Assembly (NCBI GenBank): GCA_030704615.1
Contig: CM060734.1
Span: forward strand, 47,182,001 to 47,246,000
Source: Takakia lepidozioides
Taxonomy: Eukaryota; Plantae; Bryophyta
Length of the DNA stretch: 64,000 bases
Reading direction: 5' to 3'
The position numbers and the translations under genes were made by a program. A model generated the notes under the pieces. The model ran no database searches, was not told the origin of the DNA, and saw nothing but the letters and a program-made list of their open reading frames with translations. Positions 37,195 to 49,877 of this stretch are shown here, piece after piece (within the stretch, counting starts at the first letter, position 1; each line of letters begins with the position of its first letter).

Positions 37195-39226
37195 CAAAAA
37201 ATAGATTTTCGACAAAAAGTGGTTTTTCCTGATCTTGATCCCTAATCTATCGTTGTATACAGATTCCAATTTTCTTTTTCTAGAGATAATCATGAGCAAA
37301 ATGAGACTAACTTCGTATCTCAAGAGATATTCAAATGCCCTTTGGCAAATTTTGATTTACTGTAATTTTGATTTGGTTTGTAAAGTCTTGCATGATAATC
37401 TTACGACTATTTAAAGATGAATTATGCATACATGACGATCATTTTGTATGATCTTGCATCTTCCACCTAATTGATATATGACTACATAACCAGTTGTCCA
37501 AATTCAAATTAAAGATGTTCAAGTATAAAAATAGTATATGTTAGAACTCGCATAAGTGATCACTTGCTCATAATATGTACTAATCCAATCGTTTGAGATT
37601 GTTTAATGATGCAAATGAAGGAACAATGAGAAACCCTTGGGCAAACACAACAAACAATTTAAATTTATTTCATCATTCATCCAAATTTACATTTAACCTT
37701 CTTAGCCTCTAGGATTCTCATGTGAGAATGCAATGGTAGAACCTTCAAGTTTCCTATAGAGAAACAATGTCTAAAGTGTGGTACAAAAATATGTAAGCAT
37801 ATAATGTGACTATATTTCGATAGGCACACTGTAAACTTTATGTTCAATGTCTATTATATTATGAATTAGCCACACAAATGCATGGTCATAGTGTTCCACT
37901 ATGTAGTTCTAGATTAGTCACCATGTACAAAGCTTTCAAGGCTGTCATGAGTGTTGTTTCTAAAAATTTTAGAGAAGAGTTGACCTCACACTATATTTGT
38001 CTCAACCCCACCCACAAAAAGGGGCAATAGCCATTATAGTGAAGTGACACTTGGTTACGTCGGCCTCTGCCAGAGCTATTAACAATGGTTTTAGCAATGA
38101 ACATAATCAATATGGCAAAGATGATTGTGGTGCCAGCTTTTTGAACATGGTGATGGTAAGTATTAGTATTTTCTTTATTGATCATCTAGTCCAAATCCTT
38201 GCTACCCAATTTTCAAGATCCAAAATTTTAAGCTTGTTCTCTGTTAAACGAAATAAGTCGGTGACATAGATTGGAGCCCTTGGTTGGTAGTAGTTGGGCA
38301 ACTACGAGACAAATATTGTTCAACTTGGAAGCATGGCATTAGATTCATAGCAAGACATTACAAAGCACCTTGATAGGACATTCAAGTATCATTCAAGTTG
38401 GAATTCATAGGGCATTACAATAATTCAACTTGAACACTGATAGCACACATTATAGGACATTCAATTGATCGTATAAGGCGGACATTGCAGAGCACAAAAA
38501 TTCAACTTGGAAGTAGGTCGGCATTACAATTATTCAACCTAACATTGATAGTAGCACAGTACACAACAAACTTAGAAGCAAAGCATTACAACCCTTTGAC
38601 ACGAGAGCATATTTTGAACACATGTTCTATTTTTCACTTAGAATTTTATGCATTTCTAGTATGCACTGTAGTAGCTAAATGGTGGAGTTAGTAATTTGAT
38701 TGTTGTGATTAATTTTGAGTTCCTGATTTCTTGTCTATATTTTTGAATATGACTAAAGTCGTACAACAATGTATTACTATCGAAAATGTCAAAAGTTGTC
38801 AACAATTACATGTGTACTGCACACTTTATTGGCTCCTCTTTATACTGAAGATGAGACCACACATCAGTGTTAAAATCGCTAAGTCCCTATTGTGCCTTTC
38901 CCAGGTGTCATCTCCTCTCCTATGCTGAAAACTACTATGATATGCCTTCTCCAGATAACACCTCCCTTAGGTAACATTTTTTTATTGCACAACTTCTGAA
39001 AAAAAAAAATTTCAAGTTATGGATGAAAGTAGATTCCACTATTATTTTTTAAATTTGTTTTTAAATGAAATGGGAGGAAGCCCTTTAGGTCATATAAAGA
39101 ACCCATGGAAAAAATAACCATGAGAGGAGGCCATAAAGGCTTACATCACAGAGTGATTGGGTAACACCCAGACCCGTCCGCCTAGGGGGAAGCTCTAGAA
39201 AGGGCAGAGATTCACTGTCTTGGAAT

Positions 39227-39707
39227 GGGGTTGGTATCCTGTGAGCACAGCGTGAGCATGCTCACGTGAGCACGACGTGAGCACAACCCGCGGTCAAGGG
39301 GTTAAATATTTTCAAACCGCGGTCATATGAATTACATGTTAACAGGCACAGTGCATATGAGTACCTTCAGATTTATTTTCTCAATGCAAAAATAACTTTT
39401 CTAGGGCTTAAACTGTTGATACCCGGACTGAAAACCACGATTTTTGTTTTTCTGGGGTTCTCTGGGGTATCCGGTTCGCATAACGTGAGAAAACCCCACG
39501 CCTATAGGGTAACATGTTTATCGTGTATGTGTGTTACTTGTTTCTTAAGTGATGCTGTGAGGGCCTATGTGAGCAGTTAAAAAAAGTTTCGCAAAGTTTT
39601 TAGTTTCTCAATTTTAATTTCATTGGAGAATATTCGAAAGGCATCTAGGGAATATCCTTAATATTCGCTTGTGCTCACGTGAGCATGCTCACACGCTACC
39701 CAACCTC
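39227..39707. mobile_element. MITE (Mutator-like) with palindromic TIRs
   Basis: Left GGGGTTGG..TGTGAGCA..GTGAGCATGCTCACGTGAGCAC; right GTGCTCACGTGAGCATGCTCACA..CCCAACCTC; degenerate 9-bp flanks. Confidence 0.65.
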
Positions 39708-39785
39708 TCTCGGATGACAACAAGCTAAGATTCAAAGAAGTGAGTAACCAAAAAGAACATCTGTTTGCAGCAAAAAAATAAACAA

Positions 39786-40170
39786 CACTAGAAGGAATCG
39801 TGTCTTTTCTGAATCGATTAGGTGTCCAAAACCACTCCGGGAACAACTTTGCAGTCGGAGTTAGTACTGGAGAGTCGCAACGGACAATGTAGGCCCACAG
39901 GGGCATTTCAGATGGCGGATACAAGCTAGGTCAATGACTCCGGAGTCGTAGCAATAATCGCGGCTATTTAATTCAGTTACGTAAATATAGAAAATTTAAA
40001 AAACGGCAACTACAAGTGGTTTTAAGCACTGGACAAACGACTCGATAACCAAAATCCGTATTCCTAATAAATTCAGTTTTATATTTTTTAATTGGGGAGT
40101 CTACGTGGTTCATGACGTGGAATATGTATAGATATTAGGGTTTAGTCTCTCGTTGGTTGGCAAGTTGATT
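39786..40170 (+). mobile_element. CACTA terminal region
   Basis: CACTAGAAGG start; homologous (reverse complement) to 21150-21524. Confidence 0.7.
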
Positions 40171-40179
40171 TCGGCTAAG

Positions 40180-41080
40180 TGTTAGGAGAGGGAGCGCTTG
40201 AGATGGAGGCTTTGGAGAGATATGAGCAAGCGATGGGGGAAGGATGAAGACCAAATCGTGGCCCATGTCCTGTTGTTGCAAGCGTTCCTGGCGTCAGGGT
40301 CCAAATACAGAAGTAGAGGTTAAAAGCAAGGCGGGGCATTATGTGCTCAAGCTGATAGAGATGTTGGCAGGCCGCATTCGCCTCAGTGGCAATGGAGATG
40401 CATATGCAAGCCTGGGCCGAAAAAAGGTCAAAGAGGTCCATGGTGACATCAAAGCTAGAATTGACCAGATGTCATTGCGAACAATACCCTGGTGGACATG
40501 TATGCCAAATGTGACAGCATCGAAGCTGCGAAGGGAGAGTTTGACAACATGGTTGAACGAGATGTTGTCTCATGGAACACGCTAATCGCATGAGATGGCC
40601 AGCATGTGTGCGAGATGAAGGTATTGGAGACATATGAGCAAATGTCACGAGAAGTGGTGCAGCCTGACCGGGTCACATTTATTTGTGTTTACAATGCATG
40701 TGCAAACCTGGCAGCCCTGAAAATCTGGAGACCTGGAAACCTGGTAAAAGGCAAAGAGATCTATCGTGACATTGTCAAAGCTGGAATTGTACCACATGTC
40801 ATTCTGAACAATACCTCGTGGACATGTATGCCAAACGTGGGAGCATTGCAGATGCAAAATGAGTGTTCAACAATATGGCTGAGCGAAATGTGGTGTCATG
40901 AATGTGATGATCGCAGGACATGCACAATAGGGGCGGGGATTGGAGGTTTTGGAGACCTATGAGCAAATGATGTGGGAGGGGGTGAAGCCCGACCACATTA
41001 CGTTTGTTTGCGTTTGCAATGCATGTGCGAGCCTGCTAGAGAAGGGCAAAGAGGTCCATGGTTGCATCGTCAAAACTGGA
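40180..41080 (+). pseudogene. PPR (PLS) pseudogene fragments
   Basis: LETYEQM..EGVKPDHITFVCVCNACAS and KGKEVHGCIVK. Confidence 0.85.
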
Positions 41081-41353
41081 ACACAAGGTCGAGGACAATG
41101 TGGTGAGGGCACCTTCTTCTTCAACCTATTTCAGCCTATTTTCCCCTCTTATCAGACTCAGCCCTGAGATGCATATTGAATTCTGTAAGTTAGCTCGTTG
41201 GCTTCTTAAGAGGATCAAGAGAAGGAGTCTATAATGCCTCTTCTAGCTCTTCTGGGCATGTGAAGATGCTTCGTGAGGCAGGCTGAGCTGAGTGCTCGAG
41301 CATCACGATCCGCGTGCATTTTGTTTTTCTTGCGCAATGGCGACAGGCTCTTC

Positions 41354-44300
41354 CAAGCAATGGATCTAAATTGCTTGATATGGGTCATTGGCTTGTGCAT
41401 GGCTGAGCAACGGAGGTTGCAGACAGTGGTGACTACTTCTGCACTCCCATTTGGTATTGTATCCCCTCTGCCAACCGGGACGGTTGAGGCAGTGAGTGGG
41501 GGCGAGCACAGGATCATGGGGTGCAAACACCCATGACAGATGTGGGATGAGATGCGCAAAGAGAGAGTCATTGAATCTCTCAAGCAGCAGTATGAGGAGT
41601 GGGGAGAGCCATACACTGAGGATCAGTTGGAGGCCAAGGTGGCCAATATTTTTGAAGAGGTTGAGAATGTTTCTTCCCCAGAGGATGTTCTCAAGGTGGC
41701 TATGGCGGAGCAAGTGGAGGTTATGCCACGGTTAGGGTAGGCGGATAAAGCCCAAGAGGTTACTATCTAGCAACCAAATGATGCGTCTCCTACTTCCAAG
41801 CCTGGTGTACCCAAGGTTGCAGTCACTGAGGACAACTGGGAACCAGATGTTGGACGGAGAGAGACGGAGGATCCAACGATTTCTAAGGGCTTATAGAAAT
41901 TGCTTTGCCTTCGGTTTGAAGGATTTGGGGAGTTTGAAGGGCCAGGAGATTCGTATTGATTTGGCAAGTGACATGCCAATCTTTCGAAGGCCCTACCAGT
42001 ATAGTGACATGGAGAGGTCATTGATCCAGTCACGGACTATGGAGTTGTTCGAAGCTGGATTGGTGGAGTTGTCAGGCGGGGAGTATGTATCGGCAACAGT
42101 GATGCCAGCTAAGAAGGATATCTATGGCAATTGGACAGAAAGGAGGATGTGTGGGGACTACCGTCCTGTGAACCGTCAGACTAAGTCCGATAGATATGCC
42201 ATGCCAACTCCAAAGGAGATCTTTGATGCCATTGGGCATGCAAAGGTGTTTAGCACATTGGACTTGCGATCCGATTACCACTAGTTGCCAATCAAAGAGG
42301 CTGACAAGCAAAAGATGGCATTCTGGGGGATTGACCAACATGGGAAGGATTGCTTGTACCAATGGCGGTTCCTACCGTTTGGGTTGAAAAATATTCCTGC
42401 AGAGTTTCAAAGGGTTATGGATAGGATTCCGCGGGGGCTAGACTTTGCCCGGTGTTACATTGATGACATCATCGTCTTTAGTGCTACGGTTGATGAGCAT
42501 GAGAGACACCTTCAGGTGATGTTTGAGCGCTTGAGAGCGCATGGGTTGAAATTGCACCCTGGGAAGTGCAAGTTCTTCCACAACCAGATTGAGTATCTGG
42601 GCCACATGATATACCCTGGAGGTTTGGGTGTTCAAAAGACGAAGGTGGAGGCCATTGCACGCATTCCACGCCCCATAGATGTTAGCAGAGTTCGTGCTTT
42701 CATGGGGTTGGCAAACTACTATCGACGGTTTGTCAAGGGATTTAGCAGCATTGCAAAGGCTCTTACTAAGTTGACCAAGGTGGGTCAGGAGTGGCAGTGG
42801 GAGGAGGAGCAGGAGGAAGCCTTTGAGGAACTCAAGGCTCGATTGACTTCTGCACCTATTCTGAGGCGGCCTATTCGGGGGCGGCCTTTCCAGCTACATA
42901 GGGATTGGAGTATGCTGGGGATTGGAGCAGTGCTCACACAGATGGATGATGAGGGAAGAGAGTTCGTAGTGGCATATGCTAGCCGCTCAAACAATGATGC
43001 CGAGGCGAAGTATAGTTCCTATGAAGGGGAGTGTCTAGCTGCGGTATGGGCAGTGACACATTTCAGATGCTACCTCTATGACAATCTCTTCACCCTTGTC
43101 ACGGATCACCAACCATTGAAGTGGTTGATGAAGTCAGACAAGCTTACAGGGAAGCTTGCACGGTGGGCACTTATGCTTCAAGAATACGACTTTCAGGTGG
43201 TGCATCGAGCCGGTATTGTCAATCGGGATGCAGATGGATTGAGTCGTAATCCATGCACGAACAAGCATGATGATACTGGAGCTCGGTGGCATGGTGAGAC
43301 GGATGAGGAGATGGTGCCAGGATGACATGCATCTGCCTTTTTGTGCATCCTAGCAATGGGAGCTCAAGCTGATCCATCCCATAGCATTGGTCATGTAGAT
43401 GGTGTGCATGACGATCCAGAGATCAGTGAGGAGCTTGGTGATGCTAAGGATGTACATGAAGATGCAGCAGTGTTGGCCTACATTCGTACTGGAGAGACAA
43501 CAGCCAGTGTGACTGCTAAGGAGAGAGATCGGATCCTACAACGAGCCAAAAGGTTCAAGTGGGAGGGGACTCACCTACTCCGAGTATGGGAGGATGGACG
43601 AGTGAGGATTGTGCCTCATCCAACAAAATGAGCGCGATTGGTACGCCATGCCCATGAGGAGTTGAGACATGTTGGGGGTGCGGCACACTCATAGTTTGCT
43701 GCAAGGACATTACTGGTGGCGGGGCATGCACACGGATGTGCAACAGTTAGTGGCAAGGTGCATGGTGTGTGATAGAGTGCGAGCTTCTTTTAATGCACCT
43801 ACTCCACAATTGCATCCTTTACCCATTATGGGTTTGGGCTATCGTTGGAGTCTTGACTTCGCAGGCCCATTGCCACTAACGATTCGCCATAACAAGTATG
43901 TGGTGGTGATGTGGGTGGATGAATGGTGTACATTTCTCCAAGTGGATTGAACCGGTGGCATTGCCTGACAAGACAAGTGAGGGGGCTGCGTATGCATTCT
44001 TAGATCGAGTGCTTAGCCAATTTGGTGCTCCAGCCGAGGTACTCACGGACCAGGGGAAAGAGTTCTTGGGGGAGTTTCAGGCTTTGTGTGAGCAAGCCTT
44101 GATAGATCACCGCACTACTTCTCTGGATCATCCCGAGGCTGATGGCCTGGCAGAGAGGGTTGTACAAACAGTCAAGCGAGGTTTGCGCAAGTATGGCTTG
44201 CAGAAGAGACACTTAGGAGATTGGGATCTTCAGCTACCTTGGTTGGCCATGGGCTACAGGTTTAGCAAACAAGCATCACTTGCCTCGTTCTCGCCGTATT

Positions 44301-44914
44301 TCCTTCTCTTTGGCCGAGAGCCAGATTTGCCTGCATTTATTTGCAGGGAGACTGTAGTAATTCTCAACCTTGATGATCCGGATATGTGGACACAAGCACG
44401 TGCCCAGCGGGCAGAGTTGTTCAAGAGAGTCATGCCTATGGCTTTTGAGAACCTTGCTATTGCCCAACACCGAGACACATTGAGGTATGCCACTATACGT
44501 GGAGGGGGATATCGGCTAGGTGTTCGGCGTTTCCACCCTGGGGACTATGTGTATCTGCAGCAGACAGCGCCTACGACTTTGGATGTTACAGCAGGGCGTG
44601 TGATTCTAAGGGTCCGGGAGGTGTTGCCTTCAGGAGTGTTGATTCTGGAGGGTCGAGATGGTATGGTATGGAAGGACCATGTGCGCAATTGTGCGCCATG
44701 TCACCTTTCACATGTGGATGGGAGGATAGATCCCAACCTTGCAGTGGTACCTGCAGGGTTGCGTTGCATGCTATATGGGCATGCTGGTGGTGCCGCGACC
44801 ATGTTGGTGTGTGACAAATGCTCAAGGGGGTGGCACATGGGATGCTTGACATCGCCACTTGAGGAGGTTCCTAGTGGAGAATGGTTGTGTCCACAATGCC
44901 TTAGACATAGGTAG
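41354..44914 (+). mobile_element. Gypsy pol fragment: putative DNMT motif X - RT - RNaseH - integrase - PHD finger
   Basis: QAMDLNCL (41354), RMCGDYRPVN, YIDD (42456), RDWSMLGIGAVL, HHCC zinc finger, WSLDF..TDQG..GLAER and terminal PHD; several stops and frameshifts. Confidence 0.9.
44765..44899 (+). other. PHD finger at the integrase C-terminus
   Basis: CMLY...MLVCDKCSRGWHMGCLTSPLEEVPSGEWLCPQC = C4HC3 with the second Cys changed to Tyr. Confidence 0.9.
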
Positions 44915-45414
44915 TGGGCATGACAATGGTGGAATTGACAAGTGATCCAAGGTCTAGCTGATGGGAGCTCAACGCCATGGATACTTAATTGAAGATCATG
45001 GATTGCAGGAAGGCGAGTAACGATGGGGCTACTTTTGCACCCGGCCTCTTGATCTATTGACTTTAGATACTGGGACATGTGCGATTGAAGACCAAACGAT
45101 GATTTTATTCTATGATTCCCTGTGGATCAATAGCAACAAGAAACCTGCATGGGATGGTCAACTAAAGGCAGCAGTTGTAGCGGCACAGTTGATAAAATCA
45201 GGCACCTCAACCATGACCACAACTTCTGAAAGAGGATCAAGAGAGGGAGTCCACAATGCCTCTTCTGGCACTTCTGGGCATGTAAAGATGCTTTGTGCGG
45301 CAGATAGACTGCTCTACAAACTTTAAACCAAGGAGGCATTTCAGATGCGTATGTCTGTCTCTTGCTTAAGTGCATCAAGATAGAAGGTCTGGAAGCTGGA
45401 AAATAGATGCACAC

Positions 45415-46042
45415 TCACACGTCCAAGAAGGTCCACCGTGCAGCCAAAGTGTTTTACTGGCAGAGTGACACCGTGATCTTGACTCAAGGAATCGAAGTTG
45501 CGTCTTCCTTCATTCAGTAGGCCAGTGTGGCTGCATGCAGAGAGAACACATATAAAGGCGATACTGTCCGGCTTCAAGCCGTTCTTTTGCATTCCTTCAA
45601 ATAGTTGCAGGACCTCCCTATGACAACCATGTTGGGCATATCCTGCGATCATCGCATTCCGCGACACCACATTTCATTCAGCCACATTGTCAAATACCCC
45701 CTTTGCATCCTCAATGCACCCACATCTCGCATACATGTCCACCAGGGCAGTGTCCAGAATGACATTTGGTACAATTCCAGCTTTGATGATGTCACCATGC
45801 ACCTCTTTGCCCTTTCCCAGGGCTGCTAGGTTTGCACAAGCATTGCAAACGCACACAAACGTGATGTGGTTGCACTTAACCCCTTCCCCCATCATTGGTC
45901 TCCAAGGCCTCCATTCCGCGCCCCAGCTGTGCATATCCTGCAAGCATGGCGTTCCATGACACCAAATCTCGTTCAGCCATATTGTTGAACACTCCCTCCG
46001 CATCCTCAATGCTCCCACATTTGGCATACATGTCCACGAGGG
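45415..46042 (-). pseudogene. PPR (PLS) pseudogene
   Basis: ALVDMYARCGCIEDAKGVFD, FICVLSACSHTGLLNEG and HFGCTVDLLGR. Confidence 0.88.
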
Positions 46043-46571
46043 TGTCGTGCACCTAAGCATCGTGCCACAACATACATCGTTGTCCACCATACATTCTAAG
46101 CACACAATCCTAGAAAGCTATGCCACAATGATAATGGAAGTGAACACACAATGGAAACACTCCACTCATGAATCCACTCAATCACATAAACTAAGTCAAG
46201 CCAAGGGCACCTTTGCTAAATGAATCCACCTTACAAAGCCCTCACCACACTCCCTCTCAAATACCTAGAGCTATGGAGGTGGGAGAGGCTCATAGAGGCT
46301 CAACTACAAGAAGATGAGCCCTCCTCAACACTCACAAAGGGAAAACCCATCCCCATGTCCCAAGTCAGGTTTGATACCTCACTTGGCATGTGAGACCAAA
46401 TGAAGTCCCAACACACAAAATACAAATATAAATATTCAAAATGTCCTAGTTAACTAGAAGTAGGTAATTCTAGTTAACCATGACTAAAACCATGACAGCT
46501 GTCGTGCACCTAAGCATCGTGCCACAACATACATCGCTGTCCACCATACATTCTAAGCACACAATCCTAGA
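46043..46571. mobile_element. Solo LTR (46043-46497) plus partial tandem copy (46500-46571)
   Basis: TGTCGTG...CATGACA inverted ends; first ~72 bp repeated; start resembles the LTR end at 8749. Confidence 0.7.
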
Positions 46572-46572
46572 G

Positions 46573-47145
46573 ATCTGGAGCTTGAAGTCCGGCCCTCTTG
46601 GATGAACCCACACTCTATCCCTGCTCCTTCAGCTACCTCTACACAGATCATACATCCTTGCCTTGCTGCTAGCAGCTGACAATGACAGCCTAGATTTGTT
46701 CTAGGATACACCCAACTCAACATATCCCACTAGTTCCTATGCTCAATTGCATCTGCTACTCTCTGTAATCCAATATGCATTGACCTTTTTGCATCGATTG
46801 TCCCATCATTGACTGGGGATCAGAAAAGTATTCATTCCACAGCTTCTCCTCGTCTCTGTTACTGACGGCGTGAAGTTCTTCCAGCAAACACCCCAACCCT
46901 ACTTATCACACTAGTTCCTATGCTGACTTGCGTATTCATTCCGGAGCTTCTCCTTATCTGTTTTTGGATACTTTCCTGCTGCCACATCGGCAGTAACTTG
47001 TCAAGGTCACCCCAAACCACCACAGATCCACCCAACGAGCTCACTTACAGAATTCAATATGCATCTTAGGGCCGAGTCTGATGAGAGGGCAAAACAGGCT
47101 GAAATAGGTAAGAAGGTGCCCTCACCACATTGTCCTTGACCTTGT
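46573..47145 (-). repeat. PPR-associated repeat, inverted copy
   Basis: Reverse complement of the 27443-28953 unit and of 41083-41200. Confidence 0.8.
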
Positions 47146-47611
47146 GTCATGACCCATGGAGGATTTGGCCGACCATCAACCCAAAATGACCTCTTGTGTG
47201 TGCTGCTTGTGTCTGTAGTCAGGTAATGTCGGATTGGTCTGTGAGAACCACCATGGTGCAGCTGAGCAGACAGAGATTGAAACACGGCCTGTTAAGACCA
47301 AGCTGAATCTCCCAAGAACCTTGTAAACATCATGAAGAACATCAAATCATGGTACTAACAAGAGCCCACATTTGCAGAATGGACAAACTTCTTCACATCG
47401 TACATTAAGAAAAAGCCACGCCTTGCTTTCAACAAAAAAAACAAACTAGTCACCGGGGATGACGTGGCATTCTGTTGGATCGCTCCACTGCATATTCAGC
47501 CTAAAACCCTAGGGTTTAGAGTTTCCGTTGGTTTAGGGTTTTGGTTGCGAGAGAAGATGGTGGGGGAGCAGGAATTCGTGAGAGGGATACAGAGGGAGAA
47601 GACTCGGCAGC

Positions 47612-49109
47612 ATGAAGTTGGTTGCGGGTTCATACGAGAGATTCTTGTGGGGATGGCAAGTGAAGGAGAAGAAGAAGCAGCTGGAATGGACCTTCTCGTA
47701 CCCTGCACACCAGGGGCCCATCAAATGCGTGGCTGCTTGCGGGGCGGTGGTGGCGACGGGGGGATCGGATGACACCATCAAGGTTTTTGATCTGAATGCA
47801 CAGAAAGATATGGGGTCCCTCTACAAGCACACTGGGGCCGTGACGTGCCTCGCGTTTCATGGACCGCGTTGTAGCCCTAATTCCATGGCTAACCACCCAA
47901 CGCACCTGTTCAGCGGCTCCGAGGACGGCACAATCGGCATTTGGGACACTGATGCGTGGATTCATCTTGCGGAGATGAAGACGAAGAAGGGGTCTAAGAG
48001 TGTAGTGAATGATTTGACAATTCATTCTTCGGGAATGGTGGCCTTGTCCGTGGAGAGGGGCGGTCACATGAGGATGTGGAATCTTAGCAAGGCTCGGTGT
48101 AGCTTTACGACAAAATTAGCATCAGAGGCATCCATTGTCAAGTTTGCACCACAGGCTGGCGAGACCTACTCTTTGGTGAGAGGAGCCCATGTGGAGATTC
48201 GTAATGCTGAGAGTGGAGTTGTGCTTCAAACTCTTGAACATGCCAGACGTGTGTTCTGCTTAGCCCAACAACAGGTATGTCTCTCGCACATGTAGGGTTG
48301 GCGAATCACTGTAGTGTGGTAAATTACGCTTAGCATCTGATTGCCTGAGAGAGTGAAACATGTACTCATGTTACAAGTTTGTGGGCTTCAAACAGGACAA
48401 TATGTTGGTCACTGGAGGGGAAGATTGCACTGTGAGGGCCTGGGACACCCGAACAGGGAAACTGGCATGGTCAGTTTCAAGTGCCCATTCGAATCGCATC
48501 AGAGGACTTGCTGTCCTGGGATCCAGTCCGGGGACAGATTCCGAATCTGCTGGAATTCCGAATCTTGTAGCTTCTGCGTCAACTGACGGGATGGTGCGGG
48601 TGTGGGATGCTCGCATGGTGGACAGTTCCGAGGGAGGGGCAACGCCTGCTCCAGTTATGGAAGCAGAGACTAAAGCCCGACTCACCTGTCTCGTAAGCTG
48701 TGGGGCTGCTAAGAGTGAGTTTGCAAAATTCGTCATCTGCAAACTTTATTTTTGTGCTTTTACATTATGTCTGTTTGCTGTAGTTTGAAGCCACCTCCTT
48801 TTTGCCATATACTACCCTTCTTCTCTCAGAATACATCAGATATTAGTACAGAGTGGTATTATTTGACGTGAAGATTGTGCTTTGATTGCAGAATCTTCCC
48901 TAGCTATATCTAGGACAGTCAAGGAAGAGCAGGGTGCTTCATTGGAAGAATTGTCATCCCCCAGGGCACTGCCTATACAGCTGTCAAGCAAGCAGAAACG
49001 GAAGATGATTTCAGATAGTACTCTTGTCAAGCAATTTACAGATGGGCACCCTCACAAACAAGTGAAGGCAAACAACCCTGAGGCACTAAAGAAAAGAAAA
49101 GAACCCTGA
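47612..49109 (+). CDS. PAK1IP1: WD40 ribosome-biogenesis protein PAK1IP1/MAK11-like; exons 47612-48274, 48396-48714, 48892-49109 (399 aa)
   Basis: N-terminal MKLVAGSYERFLWG, WD repeats (ATGGSDDTIKVFD, SGSEDGTIGIWD, ASTDGMVRVWD), GT-AG introns that keep the frame. Confidence 0.88.
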
Positions 49110-49445
49110 GGCACTAATCTACAACAGCAGGATTCCTTTTCAAAATTCGAAATTTTCTTGCTGCTCAGCAGCAGGTGTGGAGGTGTGAGGAGGAACAGCA
49201 CTGCTGCAGTCCTTTCCGGATGGGATCTACGAATCCGGATAGAATTCACAATAGGGAGTGGAGGGATTTTTCGAATATTCGAACGAGCGAGTTGCTTAAA
49301 TTGAGTGGCAGCTCTTGGATCTCTGTGTTTCTGTCTCCGGCGTTTCGGAGATTGGGCTGTGTAGGTGCAGCATTTTGTACTCGTTTGATAGTCTCTCGTT
49401 GTGGGCTCTATCTTCCCATTTCGCTAGGCGGATCAGCGTAGCAGC

Positions 49446-49877
49446 ATGAATGCAGACTCTGGAAACTATCAGCTGTTGCCAAATACCATCCTGATGATGG
49501 TCGTGGCTAGATTGCCACTGAAACAGTTGGTCCAGTTCAGGACCGTGTCTAGAATCTGGAATGAGTTCATAGCAACTTCTGAATTCATTGATTACTACAG
49601 TATGGTGGCCACACACAAGCATGCAGAGCAGGCCCCCGGGTTTGGAAGGGTGGAGAAGATGATGTTTTCATTCCCGAGTCAAACTCTTCTCCAGGGCGAC
49701 TGGAGGGGGAGAGTCCTAACTCTCCCATCTACACCAGAGATGGAGGCCGTAACCACCGAGATTGTATCAGGGATGGAGGTCGCAGCCCCTGAGATTGTAT
49801 CAGAGCAGGAAGTTGAAACCTCCGAGGTGCCTCCGAGATGTACGTGGAGATGGAGGTTGAAACCTTGGATTGGGTAA
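49446..49877 (+). CDS. Short F-box-domain ORF, probably truncated
   Basis: LLPNTILMMVVARLPLKQLVQFRTVSRIWN; acidic repeats at the C-terminus. Confidence 0.6.
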   Translation: MNADSGNYQLLPNTILMMVVARLPLKQLVQFRTVSRIWNEFIATSEFIDYYSMVATHKHAEQAPGFGRVEKMMFSFPSQTLLQGDWRGRVLTLPSTPEMEAVTTEIVSGMEVAAPEIVSEQEVETSEVPPRCTWRWRLKPWIG

